A DNA stretch of 64,000 nt from an uncultured Pelagibacteraceae bacterium (GTDB lineage: Bacteria; Pseudomonadota; Alphaproteobacteria; Pelagibacterales; Pelagibacteraceae): NCBI GenBank assembly GCA_902595565.1, contig CACJQO010000004.1:6847-70846 (forward strand). The letters are read 5' to 3'. Under the pieces are notes generated by a model that saw only the letters and a program-made list of their open reading frames with translations, did no database searches and was not told the origin of the DNA. A program made the position numbers and the translations under genes. Shown here one piece after another: positions 1-8,404 of this stretch (the first letter of the stretch is position 1; every line of letters starts with the position of its first letter).

Positions 1-1520
1 AATCTATGACCTGCAACATTAATAATGTCATCAGTTCTCGACATAATCCAGATGTAGCCATCTTCATCAATGTGACCGGCGTCATAAGTTTGATAATATC
101 CCTCATAATTTGACATGTAATTTTCTTTATATCTTTGATCTGCATTCCACAGAGTTGGAAAAGTTCCTGGTGGTAAAGGTAACTTTACTACAATATCTCC
201 CATCTCATTTGGTTTAGCTAATGTTTGATCTGATTTTATAATTTTAACATCATAACCAGGCACAGCTTTACAAGCTGAGCCATATTTAGTCTTCATCATT
301 TCAATCCCTGTACAATTTGAACTGATCGCCCAACTTGTTTCAGTTTGCCACCAGTGATCTATTACTGGAACCTTTAATAAATTTTCTGCCCATTTAATTG
401 TATCTGGATCAGCTCGCTCTCCAGCAAGAAATAAACTTTCAAATTTACTTAAATCATATTTTGAAAAAAACTTTCCCTCAGGATCTTCTTTTTTAATTGC
501 TCGAAAAGCTGTTGGTGCGGTGAATAATGATTTAACTTTATAGTCAGAGATTATTTTCCAGAACGCTCCAGCATCAGGTGTGCCCACAGGCTTACCTTCG
601 AACAATACAGTGGTGCATCCTTTGAACAATGGAGCATAGACAATGTAGGAGTGACCGACGATCCAACCAATATCACTTGCTGACCACCAAATATCATCTG
701 CATCAATGTTATAAATATTTTTCATCGTCCATTTTAATGCAACGATATGGCCACCAATGTCTCTGACGATCCCTTTTGGAGTTCCAGTAGTCCCTGATGT
801 GTAAAGTATATAAGCAAATTCATTTGAATTCATTTCAACACAATCAGTATCTTTAGCATTAGCATGTGCCTCATCCCAACTTATCTCCATTGGAGCGTTT
901 AATTTAACTTCATGACCTTTTCTTTGAAATAAAATCATCTTACTAATTTTATGTTGAGCCTGTTTGATTGCTTCATCTACTAAAGGTTTGTATTCAACTG
1001 TTCGCCCAGGTTCAAAACCACATGAAGCAGTCACTAAAAGTTTTGCTTTACTATCATCAATTCTGGTTGCAAGTTCATTTGAAGCAAATCCACCAAAAAC
1101 CACTGAATGAATTGCACCTATTCTTGCGCAAGCCAGCATTGCAACAACTGCTTCAGGTATCATTGGCATGTAAATTATTACTCGATCCCCTTTATTGACA
1201 CCTTGATCCTTAAGTGCGCCTGCAAACTTCGAAACTTTTGATTTTAATTCTTTGTAAGTGAACTTACTTTTGTTCCCTGTAATGGGGCTATCGTAAATTA
1301 GAGCAGTTTTATCACCTTTTCCTTGGTCAATATGAAAATCTAAGGCGTTGTAACATGTGTTGGTCACTCCATCTTCGTACCATTTGTAAAAAGGGGGATT
1401 AGATTTATTCAAAATTTTTGTGGGTTTCTTAAACCAAAAGATGTCATTTGCAGCCTCTTGCCAAAATTTTTCAGGATCTTTGATAGAAAGATCGTAAATT
1501 TTGCTGAATTTGTCTGACAT
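1..1520 (-). CDS. prpE: Propionyl-CoA/acetyl-CoA synthetase (AMP-forming); 3' end runs off the window
   Basis: Absent from the ORF track. Manual translation from ATG at 1520 gives MSDKFSKIYDLSIKDPEKFWQEAA..., with the AMP-binding motif YILYTSGTTGTPKG plus SDIGWIVGHSY and DHWWQTET. The propionate-versus-acetate call is less certain than the family. Confidence 0.85.
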   Translation of the reverse strand, partial: MSDKFSKIYDLSIKDPEKFWQEAANDIFWFKKPTKILNKSNPPFYKWYEDGVTNTCYNALDFHIDQGKGDKTALIYDSPITGNKSKFTYKELKSKVSKFAGALKDQGVNKGDRVIIYMPMIPEAVVAMLACARIGAIHSVVFGGFASNELATRIDDSKAKLLVTASCGFEPGRTVEYKPLVDEAIKQAQHKISKMILFQRKGHEVKLNAPMEISWDEAHANAKDTDCVEMNSNEFAYILYTSGTTGTPKGIVRDIGGHIVALKWTMKNIYNIDADDIWWSASDIGWIVGHSYIVYAPLFKGCTTVLFEGKPVGTPDAGAFWKIISDYKVKSLFTAPTAFRAIKKEDPEGKFFSKYDLSKFESLFLAGERADPDTIKWAENLLKVPVIDHWWQTETSWAISSNCTGIEMMKTKYGSACKAVPGYDVKIIKSDQTLAKPNEMGDIVVKLPLPPGTFPTLWNADQRYKENYMSNYEGYYQTYDAGHIDEDGYIWIMSRTDDIINVAGHR

Positions 1521-1666
1521 AGTTATTTTGATTCGTTGTTATAATTTGTTGTGGTTTTTAAATCACAAATTGTATTTAATTTTAAAAAACAAGTAAAATC
1601 AATGTAAATTAATGACAATTAAGTCTTCAATAAAGTCTTTTAATTTGGTATTTAACCACAACTTTT

Positions 1667-1730
1667 GCTTAGGGTGACCTAAGCTTAGTTTATATAAACT
1701 AATAAAAACTAACTAAAGAGGGAGTTTTTT
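1667..1730 (+). promoter_or_regulatory. Structured 5' leader of proteorhodopsin (tandem hairpins and SD)
   Basis: GCTTAGG-GTGA-CCTAAGC (1667-1684); perfect palindrome TTAGTTTATATAAACTAA (1685-1702); AAAAACT...AGTTTTT flanking the SD-like GAGGGAG. Confidence 0.5.
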
Positions 1731-2501
1731 ATGAAAAAACTTAAAATGTTTGCATTAGCAGCTGTTGCCCTTATCGGTATTACAGGTGTTGCAAACGCAG
1801 CGACCACTATGTTAGCTCAAGATGACTTTGTTGGGATATCTTTCTGGATAATCTCAATGGGTATGTTGGCTGCTACTGCTTTCTTCTTCATGGAGAGAGG
1901 TACAGTGGCTCCTGGCTGGAAAACGTCAGTAACTGTTGCTGGTCTTGTAACTGGTATTGCATTCATCCATTACATGTACATGAGGGATGTATGGGTGACT
2001 ACTGGTGATTCACCTACAGTCTACAGATATATTGACTGGTTAATTACTGTGCCATTACAGATGATAGAGTTCTACTTAATTCTAGCAGCTGTAAGAAAAG
2101 CAAACTCTGGAATGTTCTGGAGATTGTTAATCGGTTCATTAGTAATGTTAATCGGTGGATATTTAGGAGAAGCTGGATATATCAACGCTACACTTGGTTT
2201 TGTAATCGGTATGGCAGGTTGGATATACATTCTATATGAAATATTCTCAGGAGAAGCTGGAAAAGCTGCTGCTAAGAGTGGAAACAAAGCACTTGTTACT
2301 GCTTTTGGTGCAATGAGAATGATCGTAACAGTAGGATGGGCTATTTACCCATTAGGTTACATTTTTGGTTACCTAACAGGTGGAGTAGACGCTGACTCAC
2401 TAAACGTGATTTACAACTTAGCTGACTTTATTAACAAAATTGCATTTGGTCTAGTAATCTGGGCTGCTGCAGTAAGTTCAGCTGGTGCAAGAGCAAGATA
2501 A
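1731..2501 (+). CDS. Proteorhodopsin, blue-tuned (Q105), DTE proton-pump motif
   Basis: RYIDWLITVPLQMIEF (D97/T101/Q105/E108), His75 in FIHYMYM, retinal-binding Lys in DFINKIAFG, N-terminal signal peptide. Confidence 0.98.
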   Translation: MKKLKMFALAAVALIGITGVANAATTMLAQDDFVGISFWIISMGMLAATAFFFMERGTVAPGWKTSVTVAGLVTGIAFIHYMYMRDVWVTTGDSPTVYRYIDWLITVPLQMIEFYLILAAVRKANSGMFWRLLIGSLVMLIGGYLGEAGYINATLGFVIGMAGWIYILYEIFSGEAGKAAAKSGNKALVTAFGAMRMIVTVGWAIYPLGYIFGYLTGGVDADSLNVIYNLADFINKIAFGLVIWAAAVSSAGARAR

Positions 2502-2521
2502 TTACGCTTTAAAATAAATTT

Positions 2522-2562
2522 ATAGGGCGAGTATGTTTTTACATACTTGCCCTATTTTTTTT
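2522..2562 (+). terminator. Intrinsic terminator after proteorhodopsin
   Basis: ATAGGGCGAGTATGT-TTTT-ACATACTTGCCCTAT followed by a T run. Confidence 0.85.
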
Positions 2563-2581
2563 CATACTTATATCTAATCCA

Positions 2582-2902
2582 ATGGCAAAAATTACCTACA
2601 TCACCCACGACAATCAAAAGCACGAAGTTGAAGTTCAAAATGGCCTGACTGTTATGGAAGGGGCTGTACAAAATGATATTCCAGGAATTGACGCTGATTG
2701 TGGTGGAGGAATGGCTTGTGCAACCTGCCATGTTTATGTCAAAGAAGATTGGTTTAATAAGATTCCTAAAAAAGAAGATGGTGAAGAAGATATGTTAGAT
2801 ATGGCATTTGAACCTAAAACAAATAGTAGACTGAGTTGTCAAATTGTAGTCTCAGATGAAATAGATGGTCTTGAAGTAAGTATTCCATCGAAGCAAGCCT
2901 AA
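2582..2902 (+). CDS. fdx: 2Fe-2S ferredoxin (adrenodoxin type)
   Basis: [12 protein letters not shown] and RLSCQ motifs. Confidence 0.95.
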   Translation: MAKITYITHDNQKHEVEVQNGLTVMEGAVQNDIPGIDADCGGGMACATCHVYVKEDWFNKIPKKEDGEEDMLDMAFEPKTNSRLSCQIVVSDEIDGLEVSIPSKQA

Positions 2903-3922
2903 ATGATTAAAACAGATGCATTAATAATTGGTGCAGGTCCAACTGGTTTATTTACTGCGCATCAATTAAAACTAATTGGTCTTAATTGTGAAGTAGTTGA
3001 TAATTTAGATAAAATTGGTGGTCAATGTATAGAGCTTTATCCAGATAAACCAATTTACGATATACCCGCTGTGCCAGAATGTACGGGTGAAGAATTAACA
3101 AATAACTTAATCAATCAATTAAAACCATTTGATATTAAATTTCATTTAAACGAAAGAGTAGAAGAAGTTAAAAAAGAAAATGATAATTGGTTAGTGAAAA
3201 CTAATAATGGCACATCTTTTTCAACACCTAATGTTGTAATTGCTGGTGGTGTTGGTTCATTTGAACCAAGAAAGTTTTCTCCAAAAGAGTGCGAAAAATT
3301 TGAAAACAAATCTTTATTTTACTCGGTAAAAGATAAAAAGATTTTTAAAGGAAAGACCGTATCAATTTTTGGCGGAGGTGACAGCGCATTAGATTGGGCT
3401 GTTGAATTATCAAAAGAATGTAGTGTTAATTTAATACATAGAAGAGATGAATTTAGAGGTGCACAAGCTACAATAGATAAAGTGCATCAACTTGCAAAAG
3501 ATGGAAAAATAAATTTATTTACTCAATATCAAATGGCTTCTGTTAAGGGAGACAAAAATTTAGAAAGTATTGATATCAAACATGATAACAATGAGATTAA
3601 GAGTTTAAAAACTGATTATGTATTAGGCTTTTTTGGTTTAATTATGCAACTAGGACCAATTGCTAATTGGGGTCTAAATATTGATAAAAAAACTATTGAA
3701 GTAGATACAGAAAAATTTGAGACCAATCAAAAAGGAATTTATGCAGTAGGAGATATTTGTAATTACCCTGGCAAATTAAAATTAATCTTATCTGGTTTTC
3801 ATGAAGGTGCTTTAGCTGCAAGAGCTTGTTTTAAATTAGCTAGACCCAATGAAAAATATCGATTTGAATTTACCACTTCATCAAAAACTATTAAAGAGCG
3901 TCTTGGTGTAAAAGGTGATTGA
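2903..3922 (+). CDS. Ferredoxin-NADP+ reductase (TrxR-like, no CxxC)
   Basis: GAGPTG, LYPDKPIYDIP, GGGDSALDWA, YPGKLKLI; abuts fdx. Confidence 0.9.
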   Translation: MIKTDALIIGAGPTGLFTAHQLKLIGLNCEVVDNLDKIGGQCIELYPDKPIYDIPAVPECTGEELTNNLINQLKPFDIKFHLNERVEEVKKENDNWLVKTNNGTSFSTPNVVIAGGVGSFEPRKFSPKECEKFENKSLFYSVKDKKIFKGKTVSIFGGGDSALDWAVELSKECSVNLIHRRDEFRGAQATIDKVHQLAKDGKINLFTQYQMASVKGDKNLESIDIKHDNNEIKSLKTDYVLGFFGLIMQLGPIANWGLNIDKKTIEVDTEKFETNQKGIYAVGDICNYPGKLKLILSGFHEGALAARACFKLARPNEKYRFEFTTSSKTIKERLGVKGD

Positions 3923-4541
3923 TCTTTATTCTGCTAATACTCCTAACGGAAAAAAAATAAGTATCATGCTTGAGGAGATTGGCTATGAATACAAAGTAAT
4001 TAATATAGATCTCAACAAAGGTGATCAATTTAAACCTGAATTTAAAAAGATAAGTCCATTAAGTAAAATACCAGTGATCATTGATCAGGATAATAATAAG
4101 AATATTTTCGAGTCAGGTGCAATTTTAATGTATTTAGCCGAACAAAGTGGAAAATTTTACGACCCAAAAGATCGATTAGAGATAAACCAATGGTTGATGG
4201 CGCAGATGGGTTATGTTGGACCCATGTTAGGACAACATCATCAATTTCATCATTACAATCCTGGTAAAAGTCAGTTTGGTGAAGAAAGATATTTTAAGAT
4301 ATCCAAGAGAATATATGAGGAATTAGACGAAAGATTATCTAAATCAAGATTTCTGGCTGGAGAAAATTATACAATAGCTGACATAGGAACTTTTCCTTGG
4401 ATAGCACGACATGAGTGGCATGACATTGGTCTAAAAAATTATAAAAATCTTACTAGATGGTATGTTGAGATATCTGAAAGAGAAGCGGTGAAGAAGGGTT
4501 TTAAATTTATGAATAAAGATGAAGTTCCACCAAAGCCCTAG
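3915..4541 (+). CDS. Glutathione S-transferase (YfcG/Ure2-like)
   Basis: TPNGKK, SKIPVI, FESGAIL, YTIADI. Confidence 0.93.
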   Translation: MIDLYSANTPNGKKISIMLEEIGYEYKVINIDLNKGDQFKPEFKKISPLSKIPVIIDQDNNKNIFESGAILMYLAEQSGKFYDPKDRLEINQWLMAQMGYVGPMLGQHHQFHHYNPGKSQFGEERYFKISKRIYEELDERLSKSRFLAGENYTIADIGTFPWIARHEWHDIGLKNYKNLTRWYVEISEREAVKKGFKFMNKDEVPPKP

Positions 4542-4642
4542 TTCATTGAGCTTATTAATCTAAATAGTGAAGCAAAAATTCCGTGACCAGATAGTTCTAT
4601 GGCTACAATTGCAATAATTATTAAAATTAATTTTTGGTTCAT
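4538..4642 (-). CDS. Putative 34-aa hydrophobic small protein (not in ORF track)
   Basis: MNQKLILIIIAIVAIELSGHGIFASLFRLISSMN*; its ATG abuts the upstream TAG and its stop overlaps the GST stop. Confidence 0.5.
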   Translation of the reverse strand: MNQKLILIIIAIVAIELSGHGIFASLFRLISSMN

Positions 4643-4774
4643 CTAATTAATGAATACGAATAACAATAACAGAACCCAAAAAAAACCATAATAATAGTAA
4701 ATATATTTTTTGGTAAAATTATAAGTAATTGGGTTATGAACTTTCTTACTTTTCTTTTTTTTAGTCGTCGGCAT
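4643..4774 (-). CDS. Putative 43-aa small membrane protein (basic N-terminus, C-terminal TM helix)
   Basis: MPTTKKKKSKKVHNPITYNFTKKYIYYYYGFFWVLLLLFVFIN*; ATG at 4774 overlaps the end of dksA. Confidence 0.5.
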   Translation of the reverse strand: MPTTKKKKSKKVHNPITYNFTKKYIYYYYGFFWVLLLLFVFIN

Positions 4775-5285
4775 GAACTTTTTCATCCTTTTCATGTTTT
4801 TCTTGAGCAGCAATAGTATATTTTGCAACAGGTCTTGCCATGAGTCTTTTTAGCCCTATTGGTTCTGCAGTATCTAGACAAAATCCATAAGTATCCTCTC
4901 TTATTCTAGCTAAAGCTTTATCAATCTCTGAAATCAGTTTGATTTGTCTATTGATTGCTTTCATTTCAACATTCTTATCTGTGTAAGAACTTGCTTGATC
5001 GACAATATCGGCTGAAATACTATTATCATCCATACTGCCATTATACAGAGCTTCATTATTTGCTCTAACAAGCTCTTTTTTCCACTCTTGTAATTTCATT
5101 CTAAAGAAAACTTTATGTTTTTCGCACATATATTTTTCAGTTTCTTTTGGAATATATGTTTTGGAAATTTTAATAGGCCCCTTGCTAATCTCTTTTGGTT
5201 TGCTAGTAACCTTTGGTTTTACTTTAGTTACAGTTTTAGTTTTAGCTTTAGTAACCTTTTTTTTAACTTTACTAGTTTTAGGCAT
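4761..5285 (-). CDS. dksA: RNA polymerase-binding factor DksA
   Basis: Coiled-coil tip DIVDQA, IDKALARI, GFCLDTAEPIGLKRLMARP; Lys-rich N-terminal extension. Confidence 0.93.
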   Translation of the reverse strand: MPKTSKVKKKVTKAKTKTVTKVKPKVTSKPKEISKGPIKISKTYIPKETEKYMCEKHKVFFRMKLQEWKKELVRANNEALYNGSMDDNSISADIVDQASSYTDKNVEMKAINRQIKLISEIDKALARIREDTYGFCLDTAEPIGLKRLMARPVAKYTIAAQEKHEKDEKVHADD

Positions 5286-5306
5286 CTTTAAATTTGAATT
5301 CGAGGG

Positions 5307-5334
5307 AGTATATTCAGCAAAATAGGGGTGTCAA
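5307..5334 (-). promoter_or_regulatory. sigma70-type promoter of dksA
   Basis: Minus strand reads TTGACA-16 bp-TATACT, ending 21 nt before the ATG. Confidence 0.7.
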
Positions 5335-5363
5335 GCAACGTTAATTATTGTAAATATTTACTT

Positions 5364-6686
5364 ATGAATGTCTTAAATAGAAATATTAATAATATATTTT
5401 TTATTTTTGCATTATCGCATTTAATAATTTGGACACTGATTCCTTCCTTAACAAATAAAAATTTACCATTAGACACAATTGAAGCTTTAGCATGGGGAAG
5501 TAATTTAGATTGGGGCTTTAACAAACATCCACCCATGAGTGCTTTTTTTCCTGAAGTATTTTTTCAAATTTTTGGTTCTCAAGATTGGGTTTATTATTTA
5601 TTAAGTCAAATATTCGTGATAATTGCTTTTTATTACGTATTTAAATTTGCTTTTGAAATTTTTAAAGATTTAAAATTAAGTTTAATTTCTGTTTTATTAT
5701 TAGTTTCTATCTATTTCTATAATTTCACCACTCCTGAATTTAATGTAAATGTTTGCCAATTACCGTTTTGGTCATTGGTTGTTTATTATTCATGGAAAAT
5801 TTATTCGTCACAGGAAATTAAATTTTTAGATTGTTTTCTAGTTGGCTTATTTGGTGCGGTTGGTTTTTTATCCAAATACTTGTTTATCTACCTTTTGGTA
5901 TCAATTGATTTATTGTTTATTTATTTAATCTTTTTCAAAAAAACTAAAAAATTTGATTTTAAATATTTAATTACAATTGAGGTCTTTTTAGTTTTATTAG
6001 TTCCTCATTTAATTTGGCTCTTTGATAATGATTTTATAACCATAACGTATGGATTAAACCGAACAGGATTAGAAGGTTCTGGTATTTTAGATCACATTAG
6101 TAATCCAGTATTATTTTTATCAAAACAAATTGGAATACTGGTTCCTTTCTTCTTTTTGATTTGGTTGCTCACTAAAAAAATGAAATTTAAGCTAAATGGA
6201 AATGATAAAAAATTGATATTTCTACTATTTATTAACTTTATGCCGATTATCTTAATGTTTCTGACATCATTGATTACTGGTTCAAAAATAAGAACGATGT
6301 GGATGACACCTTTTTATTTATTTTTTGGAGTGTTATTTTTATATCTTTTAAAATCACAAATTAATTTAAAAAAATTAAATTCATTTCTTTATGGATTTCT
6401 ATTTCTATTTTTTCTAACTCCTATTCTTTATTCTTATGTCTCTTTATCGCAAACCGATAAACGAACGGATTATCCTGGAAAAGAAATCGCAATGAAAATT
6501 CAATATGTTTGGGATCAAGATTTTGAGAAAGAAATTCAATTTGTAACTGGTGATGAGTGGAAAGCTGGGAACCTCTCATATCACTTAAAATCAAGACCAA
6601 AGTGGGAGGGATTTAATAATAAAGAGATACTCGATAATTCATCGCAATTTATTTGTGTAGGTGATGTTTGTTTGGGAAGGTATTAA
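5364..6686 (+). CDS. Membrane glycosyltransferase, GT-C fold (ArnT/RgtA-like, PMT_2)
   Basis: Multiple TM helices; WGFNKHPP and GFLSKY motifs. ATG at 5364 preferred over the ORF-track start at 5328. Confidence 0.8.
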   Translation: MNVLNRNINNIFFIFALSHLIIWTLIPSLTNKNLPLDTIEALAWGSNLDWGFNKHPPMSAFFPEVFFQIFGSQDWVYYLLSQIFVIIAFYYVFKFAFEIFKDLKLSLISVLLLVSIYFYNFTTPEFNVNVCQLPFWSLVVYYSWKIYSSQEIKFLDCFLVGLFGAVGFLSKYLFIYLLVSIDLLFIYLIFFKKTKKFDFKYLITIEVFLVLLVPHLIWLFDNDFITITYGLNRTGLEGSGILDHISNPVLFLSKQIGILVPFFFLIWLLTKKMKFKLNGNDKKLIFLLFINFMPIILMFLTSLITGSKIRTMWMTPFYLFFGVLFLYLLKSQINLKKLNSFLYGFLFLFFLTPILYSYVSLSQTDKRTDYPGKEIAMKIQYVWDQDFEKEIQFVTGDEWKAGNLSYHLKSRPKWEGFNNKEILDNSSQFICVGDVCLGRY

Positions 6687-6694
6687 TATTTTAA

Positions 6695-7564
6695 ATGAAA
6701 ATTAAAATTTTAGTTCCTATTTATAACGACTGGCAATCAGCTTCTAAATTGCTGGATGAAATTGATAATAATATTTCAGATTTAGATCACGAAATCTCTG
6801 TGATTATTGTCAATGATGCCTCAACACATGATCGTCAAGAAGAGCAAAAGGATTTTAATAATATCCAATCAATTAAGATTCTAAATATGAAAATTAATCA
6901 AGGTCACGCTAGATGTATTGCAACTGGATTAAAATATATCTTTGAAAAAGAAGACTTCGATTATGTAATTCCAATGGATGGAGATGGAGAAGATAGACCA
7001 GAGGAAATTAAAGAATTTATCAATCAAATAGAAAGTTCAAATAATAATCCAATAGTCGGTGAGAGAGTAAAAAGATCAGAAAAATTAATTTTTAAAATTT
7101 GTTATCAATTACATAAATTAATCACACTAACTTTTACCGGTAAATCAATTAAATTTGGAAACTATACATGCCTCCCTAAAAGCACAGTTGAAAAAATGAT
7201 CAAAGAAAAAGCGACCTGGAATAGTTTTTCTGGATCATTAAAAAAAATTGAAAATAATTTATTACCAATACCATCTACTAGAGGCACTAGATATTTTGGT
7301 CCATCGAAAATGAGTTTTTTTAATTTGATAAAACATTCACTATCAATCATGAGTGTTTTTAGAAAAACCTTTCTAATTCGTTCAGGTTTATTCATCATTT
7401 TATATATCTTATTTATTAAGAGCAATGCATCTGTAGTGACAGCATTGCCCTTGGTGATTTTATTAATAGCTGTCTACTCAATTTCTAATTTAGCTTTAAG
7501 AGAAAATATTGCTGAATTTGAGAAAGCTTTATCTAACATAAACGATATAGAAAATATTAAATAG
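6695..7564 (+). CDS. GT2 polyprenyl-phosphate sugar synthase-like glycosyltransferase
   Basis: VPIYND, VNDAST, NQGH, MDGDGEDRPE; C-terminal TM helices. Confidence 0.88.
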   Translation: MKIKILVPIYNDWQSASKLLDEIDNNISDLDHEISVIIVNDASTHDRQEEQKDFNNIQSIKILNMKINQGHARCIATGLKYIFEKEDFDYVIPMDGDGEDRPEEIKEFINQIESSNNNPIVGERVKRSEKLIFKICYQLHKLITLTFTGKSIKFGNYTCLPKSTVEKMIKEKATWNSFSGSLKKIENNLLPIPSTRGTRYFGPSKMSFFNLIKHSLSIMSVFRKTFLIRSGLFIILYILFIKSNASVVTALPLVILLIAVYSISNLALRENIAEFEKALSNINDIENIK

Positions 7565-7569
7565 GTTTT

Positions 7570-8400
7570 ATGAAAAAAATTTTTGTTACAATTTTTATAA
7601 GTATAATTTTTTTAGGATCATCGAATTTTCTTAACAAAGTTGATGCAAAAGAAATTACAAATCTTCAATGGAAAAAAAGTGTAGCAAAAGGTAAGAAGCT
7701 TTCTAAGTTCAGAGAAACTGTTACCTCTCCAGCCTTAGGGGAAAAAGCTTGGAAGATAACATTGTTACCTAGAGATTGTGGCAGAGATCAAGATGGTGAT
7801 TATTCCGATTGTACAAATAATGGCAGAGATGCTGTGGTTGGACATGGAGGAGGAGATCGAGCTAGAAGTGAGTATTCAGCAAAACCAAGATATACAGGAG
7901 AGAAATGGATTTCAGTAAGTATTTTTATCCCAAAAGATTTTAAAACAGTCGAACCAGTTAGCACTTCTCTTTTTCAGATATATGAATGGGGAAATACCGA
8001 TCAACAAAGACATCCTAGGATGATGCTTAGAGTTAAAAGAGGTAATTTAGAGCCCAGATATTTTGCTGTGAATGGAATGGACTCTCAAGGATTGATATAT
8101 AAGAATTTAAAGATTGATGACATGAGAGATAAATGGACGACCATAATATTTCACACCAAAATGTCCAAAGATCCAGACAAAGGATTTATTAAAATGTATG
8201 TAGATGATGTACTCTATAATGATTACAAAGGCAGGACGGGTTATGGTGGCAAATTTTTTAATAAATTTGGAATTTATCATAGCTGGATTAGTAGATGGAA
8301 CGATGAAGTTCATGGAAAATATCCAACTCAAGTTGTTTACTATGACAATCTTTTTAGAACAAGCAGTAAAGAAAAACTTTTAAAATTAATTCAAAATTAA
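7570..8400 (+). CDS. Secreted polysaccharide lyase-like (beta-jelly-roll) protein
   Basis: Signal peptide; RARSE, SIFIPKDF, FQIY, GFIKMYVD, NKFGIYH and YYDN motifs typical of the Polysacc_lyase family. Confidence 0.65.
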   Translation: MKKIFVTIFISIIFLGSSNFLNKVDAKEITNLQWKKSVAKGKKLSKFRETVTSPALGEKAWKITLLPRDCGRDQDGDYSDCTNNGRDAVVGHGGGDRARSEYSAKPRYTGEKWISVSIFIPKDFKTVEPVSTSLFQIYEWGNTDQQRHPRMMLRVKRGNLEPRYFAVNGMDSQGLIYKNLKIDDMRDKWTTIIFHTKMSKDPDKGFIKMYVDDVLYNDYKGRTGYGGKFFNKFGIYHSWISRWNDEVHGKYPTQVVYYDNLFRTSSKEKLLKLIQN

Positions 8401-8404
8401 TTGT

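Noticed and set aside
968-1198. 76-aa + strand ORF, and the many similar 60-125 aa ORFs antisense to or inside recA, icd, guaB, dctM, gcvP, dnaB, rplI and others
   Set aside because: Shadow frames of well-supported genes, with no recognisable motifs.
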